A stretch of DNA of 64,000 nucleotides from Bacteroidota bacterium (GTDB lineage Bacteria > Bacteroidota > Bacteroidia > NS11-12g > UBA9320), in assembly GCA_024679565.1 (NCBI GenBank), contig JAIBDD010000006.1, forward strand, positions 24,177 to 88,176, read 5' to 3'. Under the pieces are notes generated by a model. The model made no database searches, was not told where the DNA came from, and worked only from the letters and a program-made list of their open reading frames with translations. Below are positions 29,094-38,338 of this stretch, in pieces. The position numbers and the translations under genes were made by a program. Positions within the stretch are counted from its first letter, which is position 1; each line of letters starts with the position of its first letter.

Positions 29094-30014
29094 TTATTTC
29101 AATCCATTAATAACCGTTTCGACATTAAAATATATCATGCCCAAGTAGGTGCCTTCAGGTGTTCTATCAGCACCCAATGCATCTGAAAAAAGTTCTCCGC
29201 CTACAGTAACGTCGTGCCCTTTTGCTTTGCATCCATCGATTACGGAACGGAGTGCTTTTTGTGGGACAGAATTTTCGACAAAAACCGCTTTAATTTTGTT
29301 ATCAATGATGAAGTTGACCATGTCTGTAACATCTTTTAAACCAGATTCAGATAGGGTCGAAATGCCTTGTAAACCGCGGACTTTAAAGTCGTAACTTCTC
29401 CCAAAGTATTCAAATGCGTCGTGAGAGGTAATTAAGATACGCTTCTCGATAGCAAGTGATTCCACTAGTTTGATGCATTCTTTATTCACCGAGTCAATGG
29501 CGTGTAAATAGGTTTTGGTGTTTTTCTCGATTTGATCTTTATGGCTTGGGTATTTCTTTTTTAACGACTCTGATACGTGTCGTACACCGTTAGACCATAT
29601 GGCAACGTCGAACCAAATATGAGGGTCGTGAACATCTGCTTCTTCATTTATGGTACGGATAGATGCGTCGTTAACGCCATCGCTAACAGCGATGACTGTT
29701 TTTGACGATTTAAGTTTTTCTAATATTTCCGACATTTTGCCTTCTAAATGAAGGCCATTGTAAATCACTACATCGGCATTGGTAAGTAATTCAATATCGC
29801 CATGCGATGCTTTGTATAAATGCGGGTCGACACCCGGGCCCATCAAAGATTTTACATCCGCAAAATCTGAACAGATGTTTTTGGCTATATCTGCTACAAT
29901 ACTTGTTGTAGCCACTACAACAGGTTTTTCGTTTTCAGGAGAATCCGTTGTATTCGTATTGCAGCCAAAACTAAAAACGAATAAACTGGCAATGATCAGG
30001 TAGGGGTATTTCAT
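29094..30014 (-). CDS. metal-binding periplasmic lipoprotein, cluster A-I (ZnuA/TroA/MntC family)
   Basis: The track ORF has a TTG start at 30035. The first ATG at 30014 gives the lipoprotein signal MKYPYLIIASLFVFSFGC. The His-rich metal site has the TroA-family pattern (DPHLY...HDPHIW...SHDAFEYF). Confidence 0.85.
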   Translation of the reverse strand: MKYPYLIIASLFVFSFGCNTNTTDSPENEKPVVVATTSIVADIAKNICSDFADVKSLMGPGVDPHLYKASHGDIELLTNADVVIYNGLHLEGKMSEILEKLKSSKTVIAVSDGVNDASIRTINEEADVHDPHIWFDVAIWSNGVRHVSESLKKKYPSHKDQIEKNTKTYLHAIDSVNKECIKLVESLAIEKRILITSHDAFEYFGRSYDFKVRGLQGISTLSESGLKDVTDMVNFIIDNKIKAVFVENSVPQKALRSVIDGCKAKGHDVTVGGELFSDALGADRTPEGTYLGMIYFNVETVINGLK

Positions 30015-30020
30015 AAAGTG

Positions 30021-30028
30021 CAAAGATA
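30021..30028 (-). promoter_or_regulatory. candidate -7 promoter element TATCTTTG (TAnnTTTG) of the metal-uptake operon, 6 nt before the ATG at 30014
   Basis: Minus strand reads TATCTTTGcacttATG, an exact Bacteroidota sigma-A -7 consensus match that implies a very short or absent leader. Confidence 0.4.
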
Positions 30029-30347
30029 GCGTCAAGTTTGGTTGATGAAATGTGCCGACGTTAAATTAAAACAGCCGACTCGCGTCGGCTGCCTTAGATG
30101 TCGTAAAACCAATTAATCTTCGTCGTAAGAAAACTTATTGACTAAATAATAGATACAAGTTTAACGGTAATGCCCCGTCAATAGTTTACTTAATTTGTCA
30201 GATAAGTGTCATGATATCATCATTTTTGCTTGTTAGAGTGGGGGTGCTTAGAGTAAGGTTGGCAGCTGTGCATACCTAATCGTCTGATAAAAAATAATTT
30301 ACGAATTAGATAATTATTATTGCTGTATAAACGTTCAGTAATCATAC

Positions 30348-30902
30348 ATGCAACAAGCACTCCATCGGCTCTTACTCATTGCAGGCCTTGTGATCACCAT
30401 CACATCGCATTGTATGGCACAAGTGGCTGACGACACAGTTCATTATGCTGAAGTTGACTCGGTTGAGCTGCGCTATGGTCGAGATTTGTGTGATACGTTG
30501 CCAGAACTTGCTGATTCGATATTTATAGTATTGAAAACAAAAAAGTTTGAGTTGATGAAGCCTTACTTGCCTACTGCTGAGATGCTTCAAGAAGAATTTG
30601 ACAGCATGGACTTAAAACGACTTCAGCGATTAGCGACGGTGAAACAACAATATTGGGAACAAAACCTGCATAAACAGCATATTCGATTGCTTAAGGACAC
30701 CAAAGTGATGCGTATCAATTTGCGCAACATGGTTTTGGTTAAACAAAGGATAAAAACCAAAGAGTTGGATTCAGGAGTGCGCGTTGGTGAAATTACCTAT
30801 TTGTGTGAGAGTGGAAAGCATAAATTTTTGCTAACCTTTTTGGCTATGGAGGTTGTGGGAAAGTGGTTTATAGGTGATGAACTAACGGTAAGAGAGATTT
30901 AG
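30348..30902 (+). CDS. secreted hypothetical protein
   Basis: 184 aa with a signal peptide (LLLIAGLVITITSHCMAQ). No recognisable family. Confidence 0.45.
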   Translation: MQQALHRLLLIAGLVITITSHCMAQVADDTVHYAEVDSVELRYGRDLCDTLPELADSIFIVLKTKKFELMKPYLPTAEMLQEEFDSMDLKRLQRLATVKQQYWEQNLHKQHIRLLKDTKVMRINLRNMVLVKQRIKTKELDSGVRVGEITYLCESGKHKFLLTFLAMEVVGKWFIGDELTVREI

Positions 30903-31136
30903 CTAGATTGATTTCGGTTTCTTCTCATACACGAAAAACTTTCCGTCCTTCTTTACGACAACATAATCGCCCACAGAGTATACCTCTGTTTTAACCGGTT
31001 CAATTTTAAGAACATCATCGGGTATTGATTGGCTAACCAATGGTTTTTCGTCAAACACTTTATCCATGGCCACGTATTGCACTACCGCCAAAGAGCAGAA
31101 TAATACACAGGCAATAAAGACTAATTTTTTTTTCAT
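30903..31136 (-). CDS. small membrane-anchored/secreted hypothetical protein
   Basis: 77 aa. An N-terminal hydrophobic segment (MKKKLVFIACVLFCSLAVVQ) is followed by a Lys-rich soluble tail. Confidence 0.4.
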   Translation of the reverse strand: MKKKLVFIACVLFCSLAVVQYVAMDKVFDEKPLVSQSIPDDVLKIEPVKTEVYSVGDYVVVKKDGKFFVYEKKPKSI

Positions 31137-31216
31137 TATGATACGGCTGTTGATTTTCTTAACGCACGAATATCTAACAATGTTGTATCGTTGTGCTTCA
31201 TACTAATGTCAAGAAA

Positions 31217-32551
31217 ATGCGTATTCATCTAATTTCAATCGGGGGTGCCGTGATGCACAACATGGCGTTAGCCTTGCAGCAAAACGGTCATCAAGTGACG
31301 GGCAGCGACGACGAGATTTTTGAACCTTCGAGAGGTAGGTTAGATAAAGCCAATCTGCTCCCAGAAAAAATGGGCTGGGACGTATCTCGTATTACGACAG
31401 ACATTGACGCCATTATCTTAGGAATGCATGCGCGTATCGACAATCCGGAACTGTTAAAAGCACAAGAACTAGGCTTGCCTATTCAATCATTTCCAGAATT
31501 TGTTGCAGCACAAAGTCAAAATAAGAAACGTGTTGTGGTGGCCGGTAGTCACGGAAAAACAAGTACAACTGCGATGATTATGCATGTGCTCATGCATGAA
31601 AACATGGACTTTGATTATTTGGTCGGGTCGCAATTGGACGGCTTCGACTTGATGGTTAAATTGTCGGACGCTCCTTTAATCATATTGGAAGGAGATGAGT
31701 ATCTGAGCTCGCCAATTGATAGGCGCCCGAAGTTTATGTGGTACAACCCAGATGTAGCCATAATAACTGGCGTGGCTTGGGATCATATTAATGTGTTTCC
31801 AACCTGGGAAGGGTATTGTGACCAGTTTCAATTATTCACCGACACGATAAAAGATGATGGAGCACTTATTTATTACAAACACGACGAGGTGTTACAGTCT
31901 ATAGCTGCCAAATCACAGCTTAAAAACATCCTTCCATATGAGGCACTCGAACACAAAATTGATGGCTCAACTGTAACAGTATATGAGCATACTAAAGCCT
32001 TTGAAATGGGCGTATTTGGGAAGCACAACCTGGAAAACATGCATTCTGCGATTCATGCTTGTGTTCAGCTCGGAATACCAAGAGAAAAATGCCTAGAGGC
32101 ATTGCAAAGCTTTACAGGAACCGCCAAACGGTTGGAGAAGGTCTATGAGGAAAATGAAATTGTCATTTTTAGAGATTTTGCCCATTCGCCAAGCAAGGTA
32201 AAAGCCACCGTTGATGCTGTAAAGGAAACCTATCCAAATCACAATGTAATTGGCGTGTTGGAGCTGCATACCTTTAGTAGTTTAAATGATGACTTCTTGC
32301 CATTGTACAAAGACACTATGAATGCCGCCGATCAAGCCTTTGTCCATTTCAATACCCATGTATTTGAAATGAAAAAGATGAAAGTATTAAGTGCCAATGA
32401 GGTGAAGAGGCATTTTGGTGAAGTAACTGTTCAAACAGACATCAACAAATTATGGGATACACTTAAAAGTCAGTCGAAACCCAAAACCGTTTTCTTGATG
32501 ATGAGTTCGGGTAATTTTGGTGGGAAGGACGTCAAGGATTTGCCCAGTTAA
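31217..32551 (+). CDS. mpl: UDP-N-acetylmuramate:L-alanyl-gamma-D-glutamyl-meso-diaminopimelate ligase Mpl (murein peptide ligase)
   Basis: The track starts at GTG 31193. The ATG at 31217 gives MRIHLISIGG..., the canonical Mpl N-terminus (cf. MRIHILGICG). Mur-ligase P-loop GSHGKTSTT is present. Confidence 0.8.
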   Translation: MRIHLISIGGAVMHNMALALQQNGHQVTGSDDEIFEPSRGRLDKANLLPEKMGWDVSRITTDIDAIILGMHARIDNPELLKAQELGLPIQSFPEFVAAQSQNKKRVVVAGSHGKTSTTAMIMHVLMHENMDFDYLVGSQLDGFDLMVKLSDAPLIILEGDEYLSSPIDRRPKFMWYNPDVAIITGVAWDHINVFPTWEGYCDQFQLFTDTIKDDGALIYYKHDEVLQSIAAKSQLKNILPYEALEHKIDGSTVTVYEHTKAFEMGVFGKHNLENMHSAIHACVQLGIPREKCLEALQSFTGTAKRLEKVYEENEIVIFRDFAHSPSKVKATVDAVKETYPNHNVIGVLELHTFSSLNDDFLPLYKDTMNAADQAFVHFNTHVFEMKKMKVLSANEVKRHFGEVTVQTDINKLWDTLKSQSKPKTVFLMMSSGNFGGKDVKDLPS

Positions 32552-32575
32552 TGCTCCAAAAAAACGGAAGCTTTT

Positions 32576-35500
32576 TTAGAAGAGGTACCTCGCTTGAACA
32601 CGCCCAATATGAATCACTGGGCTATCAATACTTTGCCGGCCGTCGTAATTAACCAATAACTGTATGTTATTTGAAAACCGCTGTTCAATTTGAAGTCGCC
32701 ACTTTACGTTTCTTCCATTTCTTAGTCCTGCGAGCAATTCATACGCAACAGGCGAATTATCGTTTCCAGTATAGTTGATGTCTACGACACCAAGGTTGGT
32801 GCGAATCGTGCCTTTGTTAAGGAAATTCCATCTCAATTCGGCGGTCACATCATGATTGTAGGTCGCTTCGCTTCCATATTCAATCCCATTTTTGGCTTCG
32901 AAGTATGCGTAATACAATTCGATTCTAAAACTTGATTTGTACTGGTAACCAATTTTTGGTTTAATGGTACTAAAATCATAGCTAAAAGCACGATCTGTTA
33001 AGAACTGTGAAGTATATGTTTTTGTGCCTTGCGAACCCTCCACGATTAATTCATAATTTTTATTGATGTTGTACCGCACTTTTAATTTGTTTTCTCGACC
33101 ATTTCGTGCATCAACACCGTTAATTAGCAATATTTTGTTCTGGTTCCTAAACCATTGGTAATCGATGCCAAACACAGGACTAGCCTGGTTAAAAGAGAGT
33201 ACCGAACGTATTACCGAATTGGTTGACAGCAAAGAGGTATCTGCAACGTTTTGGACAAAAGGGTTTAAGAATTCATCTTGATTATTCGTAACCTTTTTTA
33301 ATATTTTAAAAGAACTGACGTTGCTAAAACGTCGCACAAATTTTAGCGACTTTCGTTTCGTTTTACGCAATATAGAATTTGGTTTTATTCTGATGTTTTG
33401 GTTAAACTCACTGCTATACGATTTGATGAAACCTTGTACAGGTAAAAATTGACGTATAAAATTTGCTCGCCCTACATCAAAAGACGAGGCAATTTCGAAT
33501 TCATTTAAACTTTGAATACCGTTGCTGTCGTAGTCATTCCAAACGTAATTACCGTTTCCGTCTCCCACTTCAAAGTAGCTATATTCACGACGTTGTTCTT
33601 GCCCTGTTCCAAGCTGGTAATACGCATTTGTAGTAATTAATTTTTTAAGTAAAACCAGTCGTGTTTCGAATCGTCCTTGAAGGGTGTTTTCTGGTGTACC
33701 TAGTTGGTTGGATGTATCTTTAAAATATAATTCACGATAAGCCGAAGTAAGGTTGAACTGAGCGTTACGTGACTGACGCCATCCAAGAACTAAACTTGCA
33801 TCTCGACCGTCTGTAGTACTTTGGAATTCACCCTCAACGCCTCTAGAGTCGAGCCGTCTATTGGCCTCTAAACCATATGTTAGCGTATTAGAATCACTAC
33901 TGGCTAGCCGGAAAGACATTTGGTCAAACGCATAACTTGCACCATAAATAGAATCGTTGTTATTGGCAAATTTGCTTTGCTCATTCTGATATGTGAACTC
34001 TGTTTGGAAGTAGGCCGACTTTTTACTTACGGCTCCTGAGTACCGTCGAAATTGGTTGTTGGAGTTTATACCGGCAACCGGAATGGTGGTAGAAATAAGG
34101 TCATAAGCACCTTTAAGCCTATAGCCATTCTGACCAATTTGTCCTGTTAAACTATGCGACAGGCCAGGGGTGCTGTTGCCTTGTTGGTAATACGATTCTT
34201 CAACTACAAATTGTGCAGTGTTCCCTTTGGTTAAAACGAATAAGGCGTTAGCTATTCTTTCTTCTGTATACGATTTTTCGTTGTCATTTGGATTGTCTAA
34301 CGTACGATTCCATTTTCTATCGAATTCTACATTTCTATATCGTTCAATATATCGGAAGTCCTTCTCTGTGCGTTCGAACGAAACTTTGGAAACCAATCTC
34401 CACGGTTTTACTGAGTCAGTGGTGAGTTGTTTTACATGATCGAGATCTACCCTTAGGCCATAGCCAATATCGTTTTCCTTATCTATAGAGCTAAAGGTGT
34501 TGATGTCGTTTTTTGATCTTGAAAACTCCACCGACAGTTGCGCATTTTGAGACAATTGATAATCAAATCCAATGTTGATCATTTCAAGTTTTTTTGGTGG
34601 AACAAGAATCTCAACGGGTGCATAATCTCCGACGGGAATACCCGCAATGGGGTCGACCCATTCAAATACTTTTCCGTTTGCGGTACTTAATTTTTGGACA
34701 TAATTGCCATTCCCAGATCCTACAAAACTGAAAGAAACACGATATAATTTCCCGGTGTCTCCTGGAGACGATTCGATGAAAATAACGTTGCCATTACTGT
34801 CGCGTTGCACATAGGAGATGGTGTTTAAATCGATTTCATCGACTTCAGAAAATTTAGGGGCATATACCAACTGTGCATCTCCAGCATCACTTAAAAACTG
34901 CCTGGTTGAAACTCCATTGGTGGAGTCGTCTAAATTTTGTTGGAAGGGTTGATTTTTGTTGTCTTGTTCGCTGAAAAAGTTACCCCTAACATTCCATTTG
35001 CCTGAGGTATAATTACCGCCAAATCGAACAACGGATCGACCATAATTTCTGTCGGAATACTGAAACTCAATGACTATACGACTGTATTGTGTGATGAGCT
35101 TTTTTGGAGTAAACGTTAGTTCACCCGTATTGTAATTAATGGTGTAGTCGTTTTGCTCGCCACGGGTTAATCGCTGTCCATCAAGATATACCTGCTCTGT
35201 ACCGCTTATGATAATGATAAAGGTTTCGCCATTGGCCCCAGAAAGCCGGTAGGGCCCTTGATTTCCTTCAATTCCGTTAATGGTGTTTCTAGAAAATCGA
35301 CCACGACTGACAGCGCCTTCTCCTGAGAAATTCCAATAACCGTGTTTGTTGGTGAAATGCCTTGTGACCTGCAATCCTCGAGACCTTTTGTTGTATTTCA
35401 AAAAGTATGAACTGTCTGGGGTAATCATCGGGAAGTCTCCTGCGATTAAAGAGGCACTGTCTTGTTTTAACTGAATGTATACCCGGTCAAAATCTTGTAT

Positions 35501-36064
35501 TTGTTGTGTATTGCCTTCAGGTTGAATCGGGTTGTTTTCATCTGAAATGGCGGCAATGATGTCAATCTTGTTTTGAATCGTACCGTTTAAGCGGAGATTA
35601 AGGTTACTGTTAACGGTTACATCTTGTTTGTTGCCAAAACCTACGCCACGACTAATATTTCCTATCGTTTTGATATTGTCATCAGGGGAAGTCTGTCGTT
35701 TTTCGCTGTTCGGGATATACGCAAACGGGTTGGTTTGGTAATCCGTACCAATCAAACTCAACTCTTTTTTCTGGTATATTTTTCTGAAATGAAAGTCGAT
35801 TATCCGGTACGTGACTAACAGCGAGTCTTTTGGATAGGTATTGTTCAGCCAGATGAGCATAGACTTATGTTCGACAACTCTATAATTGGAGGTGTCGTAA
35901 CCGCTAAGCACTAAAGAATTTGGTGCTAAAAGAAATGAATCAAGTATGGAAGTGTCTGTTTCAATTAGTATTCTTTTTGTGCGAAGGGTCGATAATTCTT
36001 GAGCCTCTGTATTTACAGAAACCAGAACTGTGACAATTGCAACCCAAACAAATCTAAGAGACAT
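32576..36064 (-). CDS. large putative outer-membrane beta-barrel protein of unknown function
   Basis: 1162 aa with a signal peptide (MSLRFVWVAIVTVLVSVNTEAQ). Composition is Gly/Asn/Tyr/Ser-rich and beta-strand-like throughout. The C-terminus ...GRVQARYLF is typical of OM barrels. I recognise no catalytic motif. Confidence 0.45.
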   Translation of the reverse strand: MSLRFVWVAIVTVLVSVNTEAQELSTLRTKRILIETDTSILDSFLLAPNSLVLSGYDTSNYRVVEHKSMLIWLNNTYPKDSLLVTYRIIDFHFRKIYQKKELSLIGTDYQTNPFAYIPNSEKRQTSPDDNIKTIGNISRGVGFGNKQDVTVNSNLNLRLNGTIQNKIDIIAAISDENNPIQPEGNTQQIQDFDRVYIQLKQDSASLIAGDFPMITPDSSYFLKYNKRSRGLQVTRHFTNKHGYWNFSGEGAVSRGRFSRNTINGIEGNQGPYRLSGANGETFIIIISGTEQVYLDGQRLTRGEQNDYTINYNTGELTFTPKKLITQYSRIVIEFQYSDRNYGRSVVRFGGNYTSGKWNVRGNFFSEQDNKNQPFQQNLDDSTNGVSTRQFLSDAGDAQLVYAPKFSEVDEIDLNTISYVQRDSNGNVIFIESSPGDTGKLYRVSFSFVGSGNGNYVQKLSTANGKVFEWVDPIAGIPVGDYAPVEILVPPKKLEMINIGFDYQLSQNAQLSVEFSRSKNDINTFSSIDKENDIGYGLRVDLDHVKQLTTDSVKPWRLVSKVSFERTEKDFRYIERYRNVEFDRKWNRTLDNPNDNEKSYTEERIANALFVLTKGNTAQFVVEESYYQQGNSTPGLSHSLTGQIGQNGYRLKGAYDLISTTIPVAGINSNNQFRRYSGAVSKKSAYFQTEFTYQNEQSKFANNNDSIYGASYAFDQMSFRLASSDSNTLTYGLEANRRLDSRGVEGEFQSTTDGRDASLVLGWRQSRNAQFNLTSAYRELYFKDTSNQLGTPENTLQGRFETRLVLLKKLITTNAYYQLGTGQEQRREYSYFEVGDGNGNYVWNDYDSNGIQSLNEFEIASSFDVGRANFIRQFLPVQGFIKSYSSEFNQNIRIKPNSILRKTKRKSLKFVRRFSNVSSFKILKKVTNNQDEFLNPFVQNVADTSLLSTNSVIRSVLSFNQASPVFGIDYQWFRNQNKILLINGVDARNGRENKLKVRYNINKNYELIVEGSQGTKTYTSQFLTDRAFSYDFSTIKPKIGYQYKSSFRIELYYAYFEAKNGIEYGSEATYNHDVTAELRWNFLNKGTIRTNLGVVDINYTGNDNSPVAYELLAGLRNGRNVKWRLQIEQRFSNNIQLLVNYDGRQSIDSPVIHIGRVQARYLF

Positions 36065-36139
36065 CTAATAGTTAACTTATCAAAGGTATGAAAAGTATAG
36101 GTGTTGTGTTTGTTAACTGTCTGAATTATAGGGCAAACA

Positions 36140-36934
36140 CTAACTTGTTCGTTGTCTTACTGCTTCGTAAATTACAACAGCAGCTGCCGTAGAAACGTTC
36201 ATTGAGTCAGCCTTACCTCTCATAGGTATTTTGATACAGCTTGTGTTGTTTTCAACCCAAAAAGGACTTATGCCATGTGCTTCTGACCCCATAACGAGTG
36301 CCGTATTTTTGGTCATACCCACTTTGTGGTGCGCTATTGAGCCCTCAAGATAGGTGCTGTAAATCATGAAGTCTCTTTCGGTTAGAAAAGACAAAGTATC
36401 ATCGTTTGTAGCGATGGCGAATGGTACGGTAAAAACAGCGCCTAAGCTTGCTCGAATCACATTTGGGTTGTAAAAATCTGTGTTGGCGTTAGAGATGATA
36501 ATGGCATCCACACCAGCAGCGTCTGCTGTGCGAAAAATGGCGCCTAAATTTCCAGGTTTTTCAATGCTTTCTAACACAACAACAAGAGAATCTTGTTGTA
36601 GGTTAAGCTTGGATAACGACGTTTCAAATAAAGGGAAAGTAGCAACGGCATTGGCAACAGAATCTCGGTAGCTAATTTTTTCGAAAACAATATCGTCAAG
36701 TTCATATTTATTGGCCCCATCCAGCCCAGCTATAAAATCGCTCAAAGTAGCAGCATCCCAATGTTTGTTGAACATGATATCAATGGGTTGAAGCCCACTT
36801 TCTATGGCCATATTAATTTCCCGAATACCTTCCACAACAAACTGCATGTGCTCCTGACGACCACGCTTTTTGTTGAGCGACATCACCTTCTTAATTGTAG
36901 CGTTTTTAACACTTGTAATCGGAGTTATATGCAA
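36140..36934 (-). CDS. TrmH/SpoU-family RNA 2'-O-methyltransferase (RlmB-like)
   Basis: 264 aa. Has SPOUT motifs ESIEKPGNLGAIFRTADAAGVDAIII and a C-terminal SMNVSTAAAVV knot region. Confidence 0.8.
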   Translation of the reverse strand: MHITPITSVKNATIKKVMSLNKKRGRQEHMQFVVEGIREINMAIESGLQPIDIMFNKHWDAATLSDFIAGLDGANKYELDDIVFEKISYRDSVANAVATFPLFETSLSKLNLQQDSLVVVLESIEKPGNLGAIFRTADAAGVDAIIISNANTDFYNPNVIRASLGAVFTVPFAIATNDDTLSFLTERDFMIYSTYLEGSIAHHKVGMTKNTALVMGSEAHGISPFWVENNTSCIKIPMRGKADSMNVSTAAAVVIYEAVRQRTS

Positions 36935-36944
36935 CGTTTTTGCC

Positions 36945-37760
36945 TTAGCTTAATTGGTCGAGCCTTCTTTTTTCTTGTTCTGATAGGTTGTGGTAGCCCA
37001 CTTTATTTACCTTGTCCAACAGTTGATTGAGTTCGGCTTCGCGGTTAATATACTGTGTTTTTGGTTTTGTATCTTTTTTGCCCCTGGTTTTGGATATTGG
37101 ATTATTCCGCCAATCAATTTTTCCAGACAATAACCATTCGGGATGATAGGCAATGAGGTATAAGAAAACAGCTGTAGGTATCAGCATACCGGCTACTATG
37201 AAGTAGTTAAAATCATAGTCATTGAAGAAGAGCAAAACGGTTAACACTAATCCAGCAACAGCTCCACCTAAATGAGCGTCATGTCCGATGTTTCCCGATT
37301 GTTTTTTGATGCCAAATATGCTATACAAAATATAGATGATGCCAAACAACCAGCCAGGGATAATAAAGTAAATGAGTAAGCCCGGGTAAAGTATTATGGT
37401 TCCGTAAATAATGCCACTCACAGCGCCTGAAGCACCTATAGCACTGTAGTCGCCATGATGTCTATGAATAAAAAGTGCTAATAAATTGCCAGCGAGTAAA
37501 CTGCCAAGGTAAATGGTTATTAAGTCGAACGGGCTTAAGGTTAACGCCATGGCTTCACCAAACATGTAAAAGGTGAACATGTTAAATCCAAGGTGGGTAT
37601 AATCTGCATGCAAAAAACCCGAACTAAACAGCCTGCTATACTCTTTTTTGGCTAATATGGAATCTGTGTGGAACTTGTGCCGTTGGAAGAAAGCAAAGTC
37701 GTTGAAGCCTTTCCAGCTAATGAGCACATTGAGCGCTATTATGACATAAACAACTGTCAT
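36945..37760 (-). CDS. rhomboid-family intramembrane serine protease
   Basis: 271 aa. Has the GASGAVSG catalytic Ser motif and a downstream AHLGG His motif. About 6 TM plus a soluble C-terminal tail. Confidence 0.8.
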   Translation of the reverse strand: MTVVYVIIALNVLISWKGFNDFAFFQRHKFHTDSILAKKEYSRLFSSGFLHADYTHLGFNMFTFYMFGEAMALTLSPFDLITIYLGSLLAGNLLALFIHRHHGDYSAIGASGAVSGIIYGTIILYPGLLIYFIIPGWLFGIIYILYSIFGIKKQSGNIGHDAHLGGAVAGLVLTVLLFFNDYDFNYFIVAGMLIPTAVFLYLIAYHPEWLLSGKIDWRNNPISKTRGKKDTKPKTQYINREAELNQLLDKVNKVGYHNLSEQEKRRLDQLS

Positions 37761-38323
37761 TATACATGGTGCTCGATATGGTCAATCAAGCTATGGATCA
37801 CTTTTATATGAATTTCTTGTGCACGATCTGCGTAGTCAGATTTTGGGGCTCTGATTTCTACATCACAAAGCGCTGTCATTTCTCCACCGTCTTTGCCGGT
37901 TAACCCGATTACCTTCATGCCTTTTTCTTTTGCTGCTTGTATGGCATTTATAACGTTTTTTGAATTACCGCTGGTGCTTATGGCGAGCAGTACATCTTGT
38001 TTTAATCCAATGGCCTCAACATAACGAGAAAAGACAAAGTCATAACCATAATCGTTTCCAACACACGACATATGAGAAGGGTCGGAAATTGATATCGCTG
38101 GAAGGGCTTTTCTATTGTCTCGGTAGCGTCCTGATAATTCTTCTGCAAAATGCATCGCGTCGCATAAGCTTCCTCCATTGCCGCATGAAATTATCTTGCC
38201 TTCCGTCTGAATAGCGTTAACCATTATTTGCCCGGCTTGCTCAATACGTTCAAAATTCGACTCATCGCTTAAAAATTCAGCCAATACCGTTTGTGCTTCT
38301 TCAAAATGATTTCTAATTCCCAT
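37760..38323 (-). CDS. gmhA: D-sedoheptulose-7-phosphate isomerase GmhA (SIS domain)
   Basis: 187 aa. Sequence [22 protein letters not shown]...[13 protein letters not shown] is the GmhA/DiaA SIS-domain signature. Confidence 0.75.
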   Translation of the reverse strand: MGIRNHFEEAQTVLAEFLSDESNFERIEQAGQIMVNAIQTEGKIISCGNGGSLCDAMHFAEELSGRYRDNRKALPAISISDPSHMSCVGNDYGYDFVFSRYVEAIGLKQDVLLAISTSGNSKNVINAIQAAKEKGMKVIGLTGKDGGEMTALCDVEIRAPKSDYADRAQEIHIKVIHSLIDHIEHHV

Positions 38324-38338
38324 TGTTAACCGTTGTTT

